From: Magallana gigas
Lineage: Eukaryota
Direction: 5' to 3'
Length of the DNA: 64,000 nt
Assembly (NCBI RefSeq): GCF_963853765.1
Contig: NC_088853.1
Location: 3,224,001-3,288,000, forward strand
Shown: positions 1-10,600 of the stretch, in pieces
Layout: every line of letters begins with the position of its first letter
Position numbering within the stretch: the stretch's first letter is position 1
The notes under the pieces: model-generated
The model's database searches: none
Seen by the model: only the letters and a program-made list of their open reading frames with translations
What the model was told of the DNA's origin: nothing
Made by a program: the position numbers and the translations under genes

Positions 1-637
1 GTGATAACGGTTCAATACAAACGTCCTTGTGTTCAGCGCCTACTACATCTTGAAGCGGCCCAACGACTTTAACCACGGAAATAGAGTTGGCTGGCACACA
101 AACATGTTCCCTTCCTGCCAGTCTAGCGAATCCCTTCACTTCTGGACTGCTACTCTTCTTAAATGCTTTGATCCAACTCTGCACAGCTGTATTCTTTTCA
201 GCACTCCTAAGATAAGAGGGGCCGAACTTTTCCTTAAAAAGTTCTCGACACTCTTGTATAATGTTCATGCCCAGTATACCAGGGACATCCCGCTTATCCT
301 GAGTATCTTTGACAATGAGAATTCCCATCCCATCCAGCCTTTTGTTTATTGATCGCATAAATATTTCGCACTCTATGTATCCAACATACGGGATTTCCAA
401 TCCATTGGCCGCACGAAGTGTAATAAGTTTCTCTCGAACTATGGGGATGTTGCTCAAATGTTTGTTGTAAAATGACTCACTGATCGTACTAACCATTGAC
501 CCAGTGTCCAACAAACAAGGGATCACCGTATCAGCAATTTCGATTTCGACCGTTGGACACTTCCCAATCAGCGAGCCGTTATCATACAAATCGCTACCTA
601 TTGGCTGGCTCCCGACAATAGGCCTTTGGAGTTTAAA
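1..637 (-). pseudogene. pol: Gypsy pol N-terminus (aspartic protease), with a frameshift near 325
   Basis: Manual translation in the -1 frame relative to gag: LIGKCPTVEIEIADTVIPCLLDTGSMVSTISESF...LRAANGLEIPYVGYIE, then a frame change to GILIVKD...VPGILGMNII. Confidence 0.85.
575..637 (-). promoter_or_regulatory. Programmed -1 ribosomal frameshift signal (gag-pol)
   Basis: Slippery heptamer T TTA AAC (637-631) in the gag frame, 7-nt spacer, then stem GCCTATTG/CAATAGGT; the pol ORF overlaps in the -1 frame. Confidence 0.75.
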
Positions 638-1476
638 TGCGTCTTAGGACAATTCTTCCTGATATGTCCGGTCTCACGACAGCCATAACATCTCCGTTCT
701 TTCCTTTCCACACTCTTCCCCTCCTTTATGCTTCTAATTTCTGACCGCAGCGATGAAAGTTCCTCCTTCATTTCTTTCATGAAGTCTGCCATTTCAGTTG
801 AAGCGGCCTCTGCATAAATAGGGACTTCTCGTTTCTTCCGCAAGTTGACCTCCTTTTCATCCCGGTCCATAGAAAGAACTATAGCCTCTTCCCGAAGCTC
901 TGTAAAGGGTATTGCTGACTTAGCCCTGACCAGCTTCTTCAGCTCCCTGCGTAGCCATGTGTCGTTAACGTTTTCTGCAAATTGGTTCCTTAGCATCTTC
1001 TCAGGCTCTGTCACAAAAGAATTGTCCACTTTTACGATTCTATCCAGCTTCTTCATGAGGACATGACAAAATTCTTGAAGCGACTGTCCGTCTTCTTGCT
1101 TTGTCCCATAGAAATCTGCAGTTAGTTCCGAAGGAGTTGCCCGTTCACCAAAAGTTTCTCTGAGAATATCCAGAATCTGTTTTGGGGTCTTTTTTGCTGC
1201 TGGATGACGGTATTTAATTTCTTCTCGGGCTGGGCCCTCAAGGTGGCTGATGAGGAAGTCAACCTTCTCCTCTGCCGACGTAGGCCTGGTATCTAGTACT
1301 CGACTAACATCATCGATAAAGTCATATACAGTCTGATCATCACTTTTACCAGAAAACTTCTCAATCTTTCGCTGTTTCGGACTAAACAGAAACTTTGGCT
1401 CCTCTTCCCTCTTTATATGGGCCATCTGTAACTTTAGGTCCTGCAGCTCCCTCTTCAGTTCTTCGACGTCTCCCAT
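598..1476 (-). CDS. gag: Gypsy Gag (PNMA/Ma-like capsid plus CX2CX4HX4C zinc knuckle), 292 aa
   Basis: ORF track: FSG...FIDDV...LEGPAREEI capsid motifs; CYGCRETGHIRKNC knuckle. Confidence 0.9.
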   Translation of the reverse strand: MGDVEELKRELQDLKLQMAHIKREEEPKFLFSPKQRKIEKFSGKSDDQTVYDFIDDVSRVLDTRPTSAEEKVDFLISHLEGPAREEIKYRHPAAKKTPKQILDILRETFGERATPSELTADFYGTKQEDGQSLQEFCHVLMKKLDRIVKVDNSFVTEPEKMLRNQFAENVNDTWLRRELKKLVRAKSAIPFTELREEAIVLSMDRDEKEVNLRKKREVPIYAEAASTEMADFMKEMKEELSSLRSEIRSIKEGKSVERKERRCYGCRETGHIRKNCPKTHLNSKGLLSGASQ

Positions 1477-1533
1477 CGCTACCGTTACCTTTCTTCTTGT
1501 TGTAGAGATTTATGTTGTCAATAGACCATGGAA

Positions 1534-1552
1534 CATCCTACCGGCCACGCCA
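1534..1552 (-). promoter_or_regulatory. Primer-binding site, tRNA-Ser-like
   Basis: TGGCGTGGCCGGTAGGATG starts 2 nt after the LTR end; it is complementary to a tRNA 3' end ...AUCCUACCGGCCACGCCA that resembles tRNA-Ser (isotype from memory). Confidence 0.7.
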
Positions 1553-1554
1553 TT

Positions 1555-3209
1555 TGTAACCGAGTGTATAGAAGAAGCATCATGGTAATCTCAATATTTA
1601 TTCAGGAACAAGAAAGGCAACAGTAGCCTACAATGAACAAAGAAGAATAATAAGTACACATGTCAAAAATATGAAAATGTGGCGAGGCTACCTATTATAT
1701 GCAATCAATTTAGACTAGACAATACCCGTCTACATATGTCTGGTTAAACAAGGTACAAGTAGTATAAACATCAATAGACTACCATTTATACTCTATGCAC
1801 TATTATTGTACACAAAAGAAGATGGCACACATACCACTATACCTAACCTGATCTAGCTTATAAAGAACCAGATGTTTAACCTCATATAACAATTGCTCAC
1901 TGAATTATACTTGACTATAAAATGGTATGACATACTATCAAATATACTTCCACAGATGTATCACTGCACCCTATGGCTAGTCAAGAAAAACAATACAATT
2001 ACCATTCTAAAACACAACCCTGACCTAAAATGACTGCAACCTCTAATTGACATGTTGACTAGAATTAAGTAAAAACTATAAGATCAAATTGTAGCAAAAT
2101 GTAAACGTTCAATTAAACGTCTAAAATGTAACTAACTTCAATAATATTTACATTCTCGGAGACATAAACAATGCAACAGAATATTTACTTCGGTCACTAA
2201 ACACTACACCGGACACGTGCGGAACCTTAAGGATAAGCCTATTCCGGAATACTACACACGTGCATCACAAAATACACAAAAACTATTAGATAAATTAGTA
2301 TCGTTTTCAATTGGTTAAGGATATTAAACAATGATAGAAATAATGACAACCTTCAGATAATAGTATTTTAACATAAGCATGGTAAAATGATAACATTTGG
2401 ATATGGCGGGAAAAGAGTATGTGCCAAAACATAAAGATACAATATACAGGAAATCTAACAACCTAGATATTATGCAATTATACAAAAGTTGTAGTCGCAA
2501 ACATACCTGTAACAATGTAGCTGCACAGAAGAACAGTAATGAGGATATGCAGACAATGTTCCACAAATACGAAGTTACACCATTCGCATGGCAGCACTAA
2601 ACATACACTATATGTAATTTCGGATCCAGATACGGAAAATCAAACATTTCCGGAAAATACTAAAACGTAATTAACATATAAAGGGGAACTAACTATGATT
2701 AATAACACACTTGTCCACATATATTTTAAGTATTATTTCCAAATAAGTATTGTTTCAAAATAAAGATATTTATGTAAATCGATCCAAAAAGGACTAGTAA
2801 TTAGGCCCATGTAGCGTCGTCGCGCGGTTACGGCATAATTAATATAACTGTGATAAATCCTTCCTTTGAGTATAATACCTGAGTGAAAAGTCCAAGTTTT
2901 ATTTTACAATTTATTTACATTATTTCCCAATTTAATATCGTCTCAAAATAAATCCAAGAAGAAGCACTGACTATATCTACGACAACAATAACAACTCTAA
3001 CTCTAACTAACTACAACTCCCTGTGACCCTCATACCCGTATATACACAAGGGTTGCTCATTAAGAGTAGCCGCTTTAATGAGGTCACATTATATAATAAC
3101 GGTACATCGGTTGCTCTTCGGGAGCAACGGGTATACACACAAATAAACATGTGAAATAAAATGATGATATATGAAAATAATTAAACTGAATATAATTTAT
3201 GGCGTTACA
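1555..3209 (-). repeat. Gypsy LTR, 1655 bp
   Basis: 6-bp inverted ends TGTAAC/GTTACA, bounded by the PBS on one side and a G-rich PPT on the other. Confidence 0.8.
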
Positions 3210-3231
3210 ACTCCCCCCCCCCCCCCCCCCC
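3210..3231 (-). promoter_or_regulatory. Polypurine tract (G20-AGT) abutting the LTR start
   Basis: Minus strand reads GGG...GGAGT|TGTAAC. Confidence 0.65.
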
Positions 3232-3417
3232 TTAACTTTTGGTTACATACAAAAGGTATTTATAAGCATGAAATATAAATAAAAGAAATATCTAACGCCA
3301 GTGCTCTTCTTAAATAACATATAACAAATAAATAAGACATATCACACAAATAAAATATACAAGTTCAACAATTTACAAATAATTATTAACAACAGTTCAT
3401 ATTTACAATGTCAATAT

Positions 3418-3924
3418 TTACACGGAAAAGTCTCCCTTCATATCCCGGACGTTCCCTTTACGCAAGCACTCGGCAACGTCTTCCGCAATTTCACTTACCA
3501 CGCTTGGGAAGTCCACATCTTCGGGATTTACGTCCTCGGAATAGATGATTTGTGAGGTTCGGCTCACTTCCGTTCGTCCATCTGGGTGCGTTGTAGTAAC
3601 TTTATTGAAGAGAAAACAAACTGAAGATTTAGTCACAGTAACCTCTCTGTCAGTGTCCATTTCACTGTCACTAGCGGAAGAGTCGAGTAAACAGTCTTCA
3701 GTTTCTGGTGTGTGCTCACCAACAGCGTCTTCTTCTGTATTTTCTAGAAGTTCGTCCACAAAGCTGTCCGACGAAATCTCGAGGGAGCTTACCGACACAT
3801 CGTCCAGGAAGTTCCATTCATTACTACGGGCATAATCAGACGCTCTAGGAGATTCCTCTGTCTTCATGGCGAAAGTGGTCTCATCCTCATCCGACGATAT
3901 ATTCTCGTAATGTTCACTAAGCAC
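3418..3924 (-). CDS. Acidic ORF in the Gypsy 3' internal region, function unknown
   Basis: 168-codon open frame rich in D/E/S, sense to the element, just upstream of the PPT; no ATG at the track start. Confidence 0.45.
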   Translation of the reverse strand: MLSEHYENISSDEDETTFAMKTEESPRASDYARSNEWNFLDDVSVSSLEISSDSFVDELLENTEEDAVGEHTPETEDCLLDSSASDSEMDTDREVTVTKSSVCFLFNKVTTTHPDGRTEVSRTSQIIYSEDVNPEDVDFPSVVSEIAEDVAECLRKGNVRDMKGDFSV

Positions 3925-3978
3925 ATTAGTGCATAATTACTTTGTTCAACCCAGCCAGCAGTTTTTAAGGATGTCCCG

Positions 3979-4535
3979 CTCAGATGTCTCTATGTAAAAA
4001 AAAAATTATAATATTATTAAATATCAGAGAGATATTATTTCAAACTACAGTTTGTCTTAATCACACACATATATACTACATGTCTTTCAATTGATTTACA
4101 TTTAAGAAAAAAAGAGAAAAAAAAGATTGTTTACATTACCACCTCTAAAGATAGGACAAAGTCAAGTAATTAATGATAATAATTCAAACGTGTAAACCTG
4201 CTTGTTCGGACCTGGTCAGCACAGTTGTCTCTATAAAAAAAACTATCACTCATTAAATTTTACCATTGTAAAACAACATGTTATTGGAAGTACGCGTATA
4301 GAATTATTTTATTTGTTTGTTTTATTTTTGCATTTCTTTAAAAACACGAATCAAAGGATTGTTTACGATACATTACTACAGAGGGAGAATTTATCAATAA
4401 TGTCACGTGATGTAGAATAAGCCACGCCTCTGGGAAAAAGCTGACCTCCTAAATCACGTGACTTTTCATTCATACCTGTTTCACTAGGCCTAGTTGTAGC
4501 TGACACAGTGTTCACTGACGTAGTCTCTGATGTCT
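3979..4535 (-). other. Thr/Ser-rich (mucin-like) micro-exons of a spliced gene fragment
   Basis: Symmetric phase-1 exons 4535-4476 (ETSETTSVNTVSATTRPSET) and 4230-4198 (ETTVLTRSEQA), plus a third starting at 3989 (ETSE..); each follows a polyT-TAG acceptor, and the flanking introns are duplicated. Confidence 0.55.
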
Positions 4536-6635
4536 CTATAAAAAACTATTATAATATTATTAAACATATGATATATAATTTTAAATTACAGTTTATTTTA
4601 ATCACACACATATAAACTACATGTCTGGTGATTCTGTTTTAAATATTTGATTCATTACATGTTTAACATGTGTGCAGACTTGATTGACCCAAGTTTCCTG
4701 ATTTTGTCGTACAAGTGATATTGCTTTAAAATGTATATCACTTGTGACTTAAATACTGGTATATTAGTACCTATTTGATTTGTTTATACAAAATTTGAAA
4801 AATTTAAAGTGTTTTGTAGGACTAAAATGTTTTTATGGCTTTTAAAATTTCTGAAAATACATGCACTATCTTTTGACATTATATAAATAATAAAAATATA
4901 AAGAAACTGTCAGCTGGGTTTAAAATTAGCGGCAAAATGATGTAATACATGTATGTACAATATTAGAAAAGATTACATTGTCAGTATCACTTTATAGCAC
5001 ATTCTTGAAATAACTGCATTGAATATATAAGTATTTGATGAGTGCACAAAGTTTGCAAAAATTTATTCTTTTAATACTTTATGTTTATTATATTTTAGTT
5101 TCTAGACCATGACATTAATGAATATTTCTATAATGGAATGCATGAAGATTAGGATGGAACCTTATTCTGCCTGTTTACCAACTCACACCATCTTTTCAAG
5201 ATTCATGGAGCCAACCACAGAAGAATTTGTTCTATACACATCATTCATCACATTCTTATTTATGTTACATAAAAAAGGTGTGGGCACTTTAAATGTTACT
5301 GGGTGAATTGTTTCAACAAGTGTTCACATAATGAATACCAACAAACTTTTTATCGAGTGCACTTATTTTGTATTTTTCCTATACATCTAATTTATGTTTT
5401 TATATAACATATTCATATACATGTAACATTTTTGGAAACAGCTATCTTTATTTAATTTAAATTTGGCATTACTATTTCATATAAGTTTTCTAATATACTC
5501 TTTTGTATACAAACAGAACAAAACTACCCAGTTACACTTGAAAATGGACATAATATATATAAAAATTGTCTGATAAATGTATAGGTCTTGTTCATGAACA
5601 GAAGAAATTGACAGAAAAATATTAAGTTTTAGCCATCAAATATTAATATTTTTTAGAATATTATTTAATATAAGATGAAAAAGAATTAAAATATATTTTT
5701 AAATATGCATATATATATATATATACATATATATTTTTTATATGTGTATGCATAATAATGAAAATTTATATATACTTTCTAACGAATACAAGCATTTCCG
5801 TATATTGTTCAAAGTTGTACACACACTTGCCTTTTGTACCCCTGCACATATTTCCTCCTCCCTCGACTCTTACTGCACACCTTGACACTCTGAGATCTCG
5901 GACAATTCCGGCCCAGTTTTTAGGGATCACCAAAAATATACAGTCCGTGTATATGTCTTGACAATTCATAACACGATTTATCAAACTAGCTGGCCAACAT
6001 CTCGTACTTCGATATCACTGACCCTCCACAAAAAGTACTTCGATATCACTGACCCTCCACAACAAGTGAAAACACTGTCACAAAACACCTTCGTCCTCTT
6101 TGCCATCATCTCTGAAAGTGCGCGAAATTTGCACGGACATTTGGACACGTGACACGTTACTCGGGGTCACCAGAAATTCATACACTTTTCCTCGCTAATA
6201 TTCGGTAACAGAAGTTAAATATGATTCTTGGTAGTCAGAACCATGTGAAAATTAGTTTTTTTTATATTCTTTATTCCAGCAAATAATTACTAATTTTGTT
6301 TTTTGCTTATTTTTTTTTTTTTGGGGGGGGGGGGATATATAATTGGCGCTCCCAGATGAAATACATGTGGGTGGGAAAATTAACATTATCACTTCGATCA
6401 ACATATATTTCATTTATGAACCATCATTCTCTACGGAGTCTATATCACTACATTGTTTTACTTTGTTTACGTTAAAGGGCATTAGGATGCAATGTACCTG
6501 ACAGTGATGATATATATATTTCTATACACAACCGTACTCCATTGTTTATCACAGCGGGCGAAAATAGCCCAATACCCATATATGTCTTAATTACACAAAT
6601 TAAAGACCTCCCAATTTGAAAAAAAAGTCAATTAA

Positions 6636-7026
6636 AACTAGAACTGTTTTTGTCTTCAACAAAAACTAAGGGCTTTTCGACAGCCCCATTATCCCTTTTT
6701 AATTAACTGTTCAAAAAGAAATTATTCTCTGATTTATCTCCAAGTGTTCTAAACGCCTTGGTATCCCCAGTTGCTTAGATAGGAACTTATGAGTAGTGCA
6801 ATGTGAAAAGAAAGATAACTCCAGAACTTTACAGGTAGCTATACTTCTAATTCCCAGAGGAATATTTTCAAAAAATCATATTGAAGTAAGTATTCATTCC
6901 TCGGACACAAAACTTAATATGCTTATAGTATTTGTGCTCTACATTCTTACAGCAAAGCTAGATAACTCTTACTAAAAACATTTTGAAATTTAAACAAGTG
7001 ATGATCTTTGGGCCTTCCATACCCCT
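6636..7026 (+). mobile_element. Helentron-associated non-autonomous element (HINE-like), 5' part, interrupted by BEL
   Basis: AACTAGAAC start; subterminal GGGCTTTTCGAC (6670-6681) complementary to the 3' hairpin at 38034; near-identical to 36834-37224. Confidence 0.65.
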
Positions 7027-7518
7027 TGTGATGTATATTGGCTATTCATTACTAAAATCCAGACCTCGTGAGAGGGTGAAAAACTGAAAAGTACAATAAT
7101 AAAAGTCAGATTTTGTCTAATATAACAATTTCCAAAAATATGGCAGTAATTAAGCTGTGACAATACTGAATTTTATATGACAAAACTTTACCCGACGACA
7201 TATACACAGATAAATGTGTGACTAGAACATGCTAGCTAAACAGGCCTATGCCTATCCTACATTGCGAACACGCGCTTACACAAAACAATGCAGTTGCAGA
7301 ATTTAAACAAAGTAAGAGATATTGCATGACATCGTTAGATACACAAGATCATAATGGACATAAATTGACATGAATAAAATAAAACTTACTCCTTAGATAG
7401 GCCGAATTCCAGAAATTGATGCAAACAAAAACAGCAGGCCAAGCTCATGGCTGCCATTACCGATAAAACAAAAAACCAAACCGGACGGAACGTATTATTC
7501 CGTTTCGAGAGCAGCACA
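7027..7518 (-). repeat. BEL 3' LTR
   Basis: Matches 35567-36058 with 3 substitutions counted by eye. Confidence 0.97.
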
Positions 7519-7699
7519 CTCCCCCTCTGATTTCTACCAGAAATCACTTAACTCATAAAAAATATACAAGATAGAATTAACTCTGCATTACATACTTCTG
7601 TAATTACATAATCCGATGCTACATATATACTAAGCTAACTTCATGTCGTGGTACACAAGTCTTCACTTAACAAATCACAAATTCTAAGTACACAAAATG

Positions 7700-10600
7700 T
7701 CAATCAGTCTCCAAAAGGGTTATGAGTCGGGTGACTGGTCTCACATAAGTGACACGTTTATTGTCCTTAAAAACTGCAACCTCAGCTTTGCGGACCTTTC
7801 CGTCTTGGCTGGGGAATGTTCTTTGTATGATACCGGTGGGCCACTCGTTTCGCGGGGAATCATCTTCAATCAATAGAACTAAGTCTCCGTGTTTCAAATC
7901 CACAGCATGGCCCTGCCACTTCCTGCGATATTGTAGGTTATGGAGGTACTCAGTTTTCCATCTATGCCAGAATTCATCTGCCATCACTTGCACACGTTTC
8001 CAGGTAGATTTTAAGGCATCCTTGGAACCAAATGAAGGGAAAGGTTGAACATCATGTTTTGTCTTCATTGTCAACAGCATCGACGGGGTAAGTAGAGTAG
8101 GTGCTTCTGGATCACTAGAAACATCTGTTAATGGTCTATTGTTAACAATAGCACACACTTCTGCCATCAATGTGGTCAGTACATCATGTGTGATGTCTCT
8201 TTGCTGGTGATCAAGTAACATGGCATTCAAAACTCTTTTTGAAACACCGATGAGTCTCTCCCATGCTCCTCCCATGTGTGGAGCATGAGGAGGGTTGAAT
8301 TTCCACACAATCCGGGAATCTGACAGGAACTTGGAAACAGGACCATTCTCGATGAATTCCGCATTGATGGAGAGATCGCTTACAGCGCCAACAAAGTTCG
8401 TTCCCCTGTCGGAGCGGAATTGTGTGACTTGACCACGAATTGCGATAAAACGTCTCAATGCATTTATGAATGCAGCACTGGTAAGTTCATCGATGACCTC
8501 AATATGAATAGCCCGAGTTACAAGGCAGGTAAACAATATCGCCCAACGTTTCTGATTTGAACTTCCACCCCTTGTTTTACGATGCACAACTGGCCATGGG
8601 CCAAAAGTGTCAACTCCCACATACGAAAATGGGGGGCACGGTTCACAACGATCCTCTGGAAGATCCGCCATATGCTGCCATCCTGGCTGTCCCCGAAGTT
8701 TACGACATACAACGCAAGTCCTTATCACTGAAGAGGTCATCCGTTTTGAATTCACTACCCAGAATCCGGCAGAACGTACAGCTCCCTCTGTAAAAAGTCT
8801 ACCTTGATGGAATACCTTCTGATGTAAATGACGTATGATGAGATAACTAACATGATGGTTCTTTGGTAGGATAATAGGGTTACGCATGTTATCGTTTAGC
8901 ACATCAACAGACACATTGTTCAACCGTCCACCAACACGTAACAGTCCATCTGCACCAATTTTTGGGCATAAAGATCTGATAGTACTAGAATGTGGAATGT
9001 CCAGGCAGTTTTCAATGCATCGAAATTCTGTGCTGAATACATCTCTCTGAACTGACGCAATGATGGAACGTTCACTCTCCTTCAAGAGTTCCGAATCACT
9101 GGGACTATCAGGTAAGTTGTCAATGTTTTTCTGAGACTGTCGAATCATAAATTTCAGACGGGCGACTGAACGTATAAGCCTGTCCCACTTGGAAAATCTA
9201 GTGAACCTCTCAGAGAATACTTCTGTCTGACAAGTTGGTGGCTTTGTCTCATGATTTGACTGTGCTACATCTATTATGTCTGTCTTGTTGCTGATTAACA
9301 ATGGGCGAATTTCCATATCACACCCTGGGTCCACTAATTCAAAGTGTTCAATTGGAGCACTGAGCGGGCTGGTTGGTCCACATATCCAGTTTGTATCTTG
9401 CAGCATAGAAGGGTGTACAGGCCTGGTGGCAACGTCTGCTGGATTAAGTTCAGATTGAACAAACTTCCATTGGGTTGGCATACTGAAGAGACGAATGCGT
9501 GCCACTCTGTTTCCCACGTACACATAGAATCTACGACTTCGTTTGAGATATAGCCAAGTACTATCTGACTGTCCGAAAAGAAATGAAAGTCCTGTGGTGG
9601 GATGTTCAGCTGATCTCTCACAATCTCGGCAATTTCGGTTGCTAAAACTGCCGCACACAGTTCGAGCCGAGGGATAGTGTGCCCATGGGCGGGGGCAACC
9701 TTGGCTTTTCCAAGCAAGAAACTGATGCTTGACGTCTCATTTTCCTGAAGTTTGAGATATGCCACAGCAGCAATAATGTCCTTCGAAGCATCACAGAACA
9801 CAAGCACTTCACGTCTGGTGGCGTTGACAAACGAACTGCTGTAACTCCTCGGCACACAAAAGCTTTCCAGGTGACTCAGGGAATCAACCCATGATGACCA
9901 TTCATCATGCAGAAATGCAGGCAACGGTTCATCCCAGTCCGTATTTGTCGTCACAGACATCATCTCTCGTAACAGTAACTTGCCTCTGATGACGACAGGC
10001 TGGGCAAAGCCAATCGGGTCATATACACTGTTTATAGTAGACAACAAGCCTCGTGTAGTGTATGCTTTTTCTACTGTGTTGACTTTAAAGGTAAATTCAT
10101 CCATCTCTGTGTTCCATAATAATCCCAAGCTGCGTTGTACTGGAAGGGTGTTCGACACAAAGTCAAGGTTTTTCAAGTTCTTTGCCAGGTCTTCTGGGGC
10201 AAATGAATCTAACACTCTCCTGCTATTGGAGCAAAACTTGTGAAGTCGAATGTTTCCGCCATCTTGTAGTGCTTCCTTGGTACGATGCACAAGGCTAATG
10301 GCCTCCTCTTCAGTTGCGCAGGATAAAAGGCCATCATCCACATAGAAGTTGTTACATACTAAATCCCTCACATCTTCTGGGGATCCCTCAACTGCCCTCC
10401 TGAGACCAAACGTTGCCACGGCCGGTGACGGGCTATTGCCGAAAACGTGAACCGTCATCTGAAAGTCCACCAATGGCTGGTCTAAGTCACTGTCCATGTG
10501 CCACAGGAATCGTAAGTAACGACGCTGGTCTTCTGGGACCTTGAAATTGTGAAACATCTGCTCAACGTCCATGGTGACTGCTATCTTTTCTCTTCGGAAT

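Larger units (their letters stand above)
1..3978 (-). mobile_element. Ty3/Gypsy LTR retrotransposon, partial; runs off the left edge and is permuted/tandem at the right end
   Basis: gag with CCHC knuckle, LLDTGS protease, PBS, and 1655-bp LTR with TGTAAC...GTTACA ends; PPT and 3' internal sequence lie beyond the LTR. Confidence 0.9.

Noticed and set aside
5766-6110. Minus-strand Cys-rich coding fragment (MMAKRTKVFCDS...) with a 30-bp tandem duplication
   Set aside because: Stops in all reconstructions and no recognisable family
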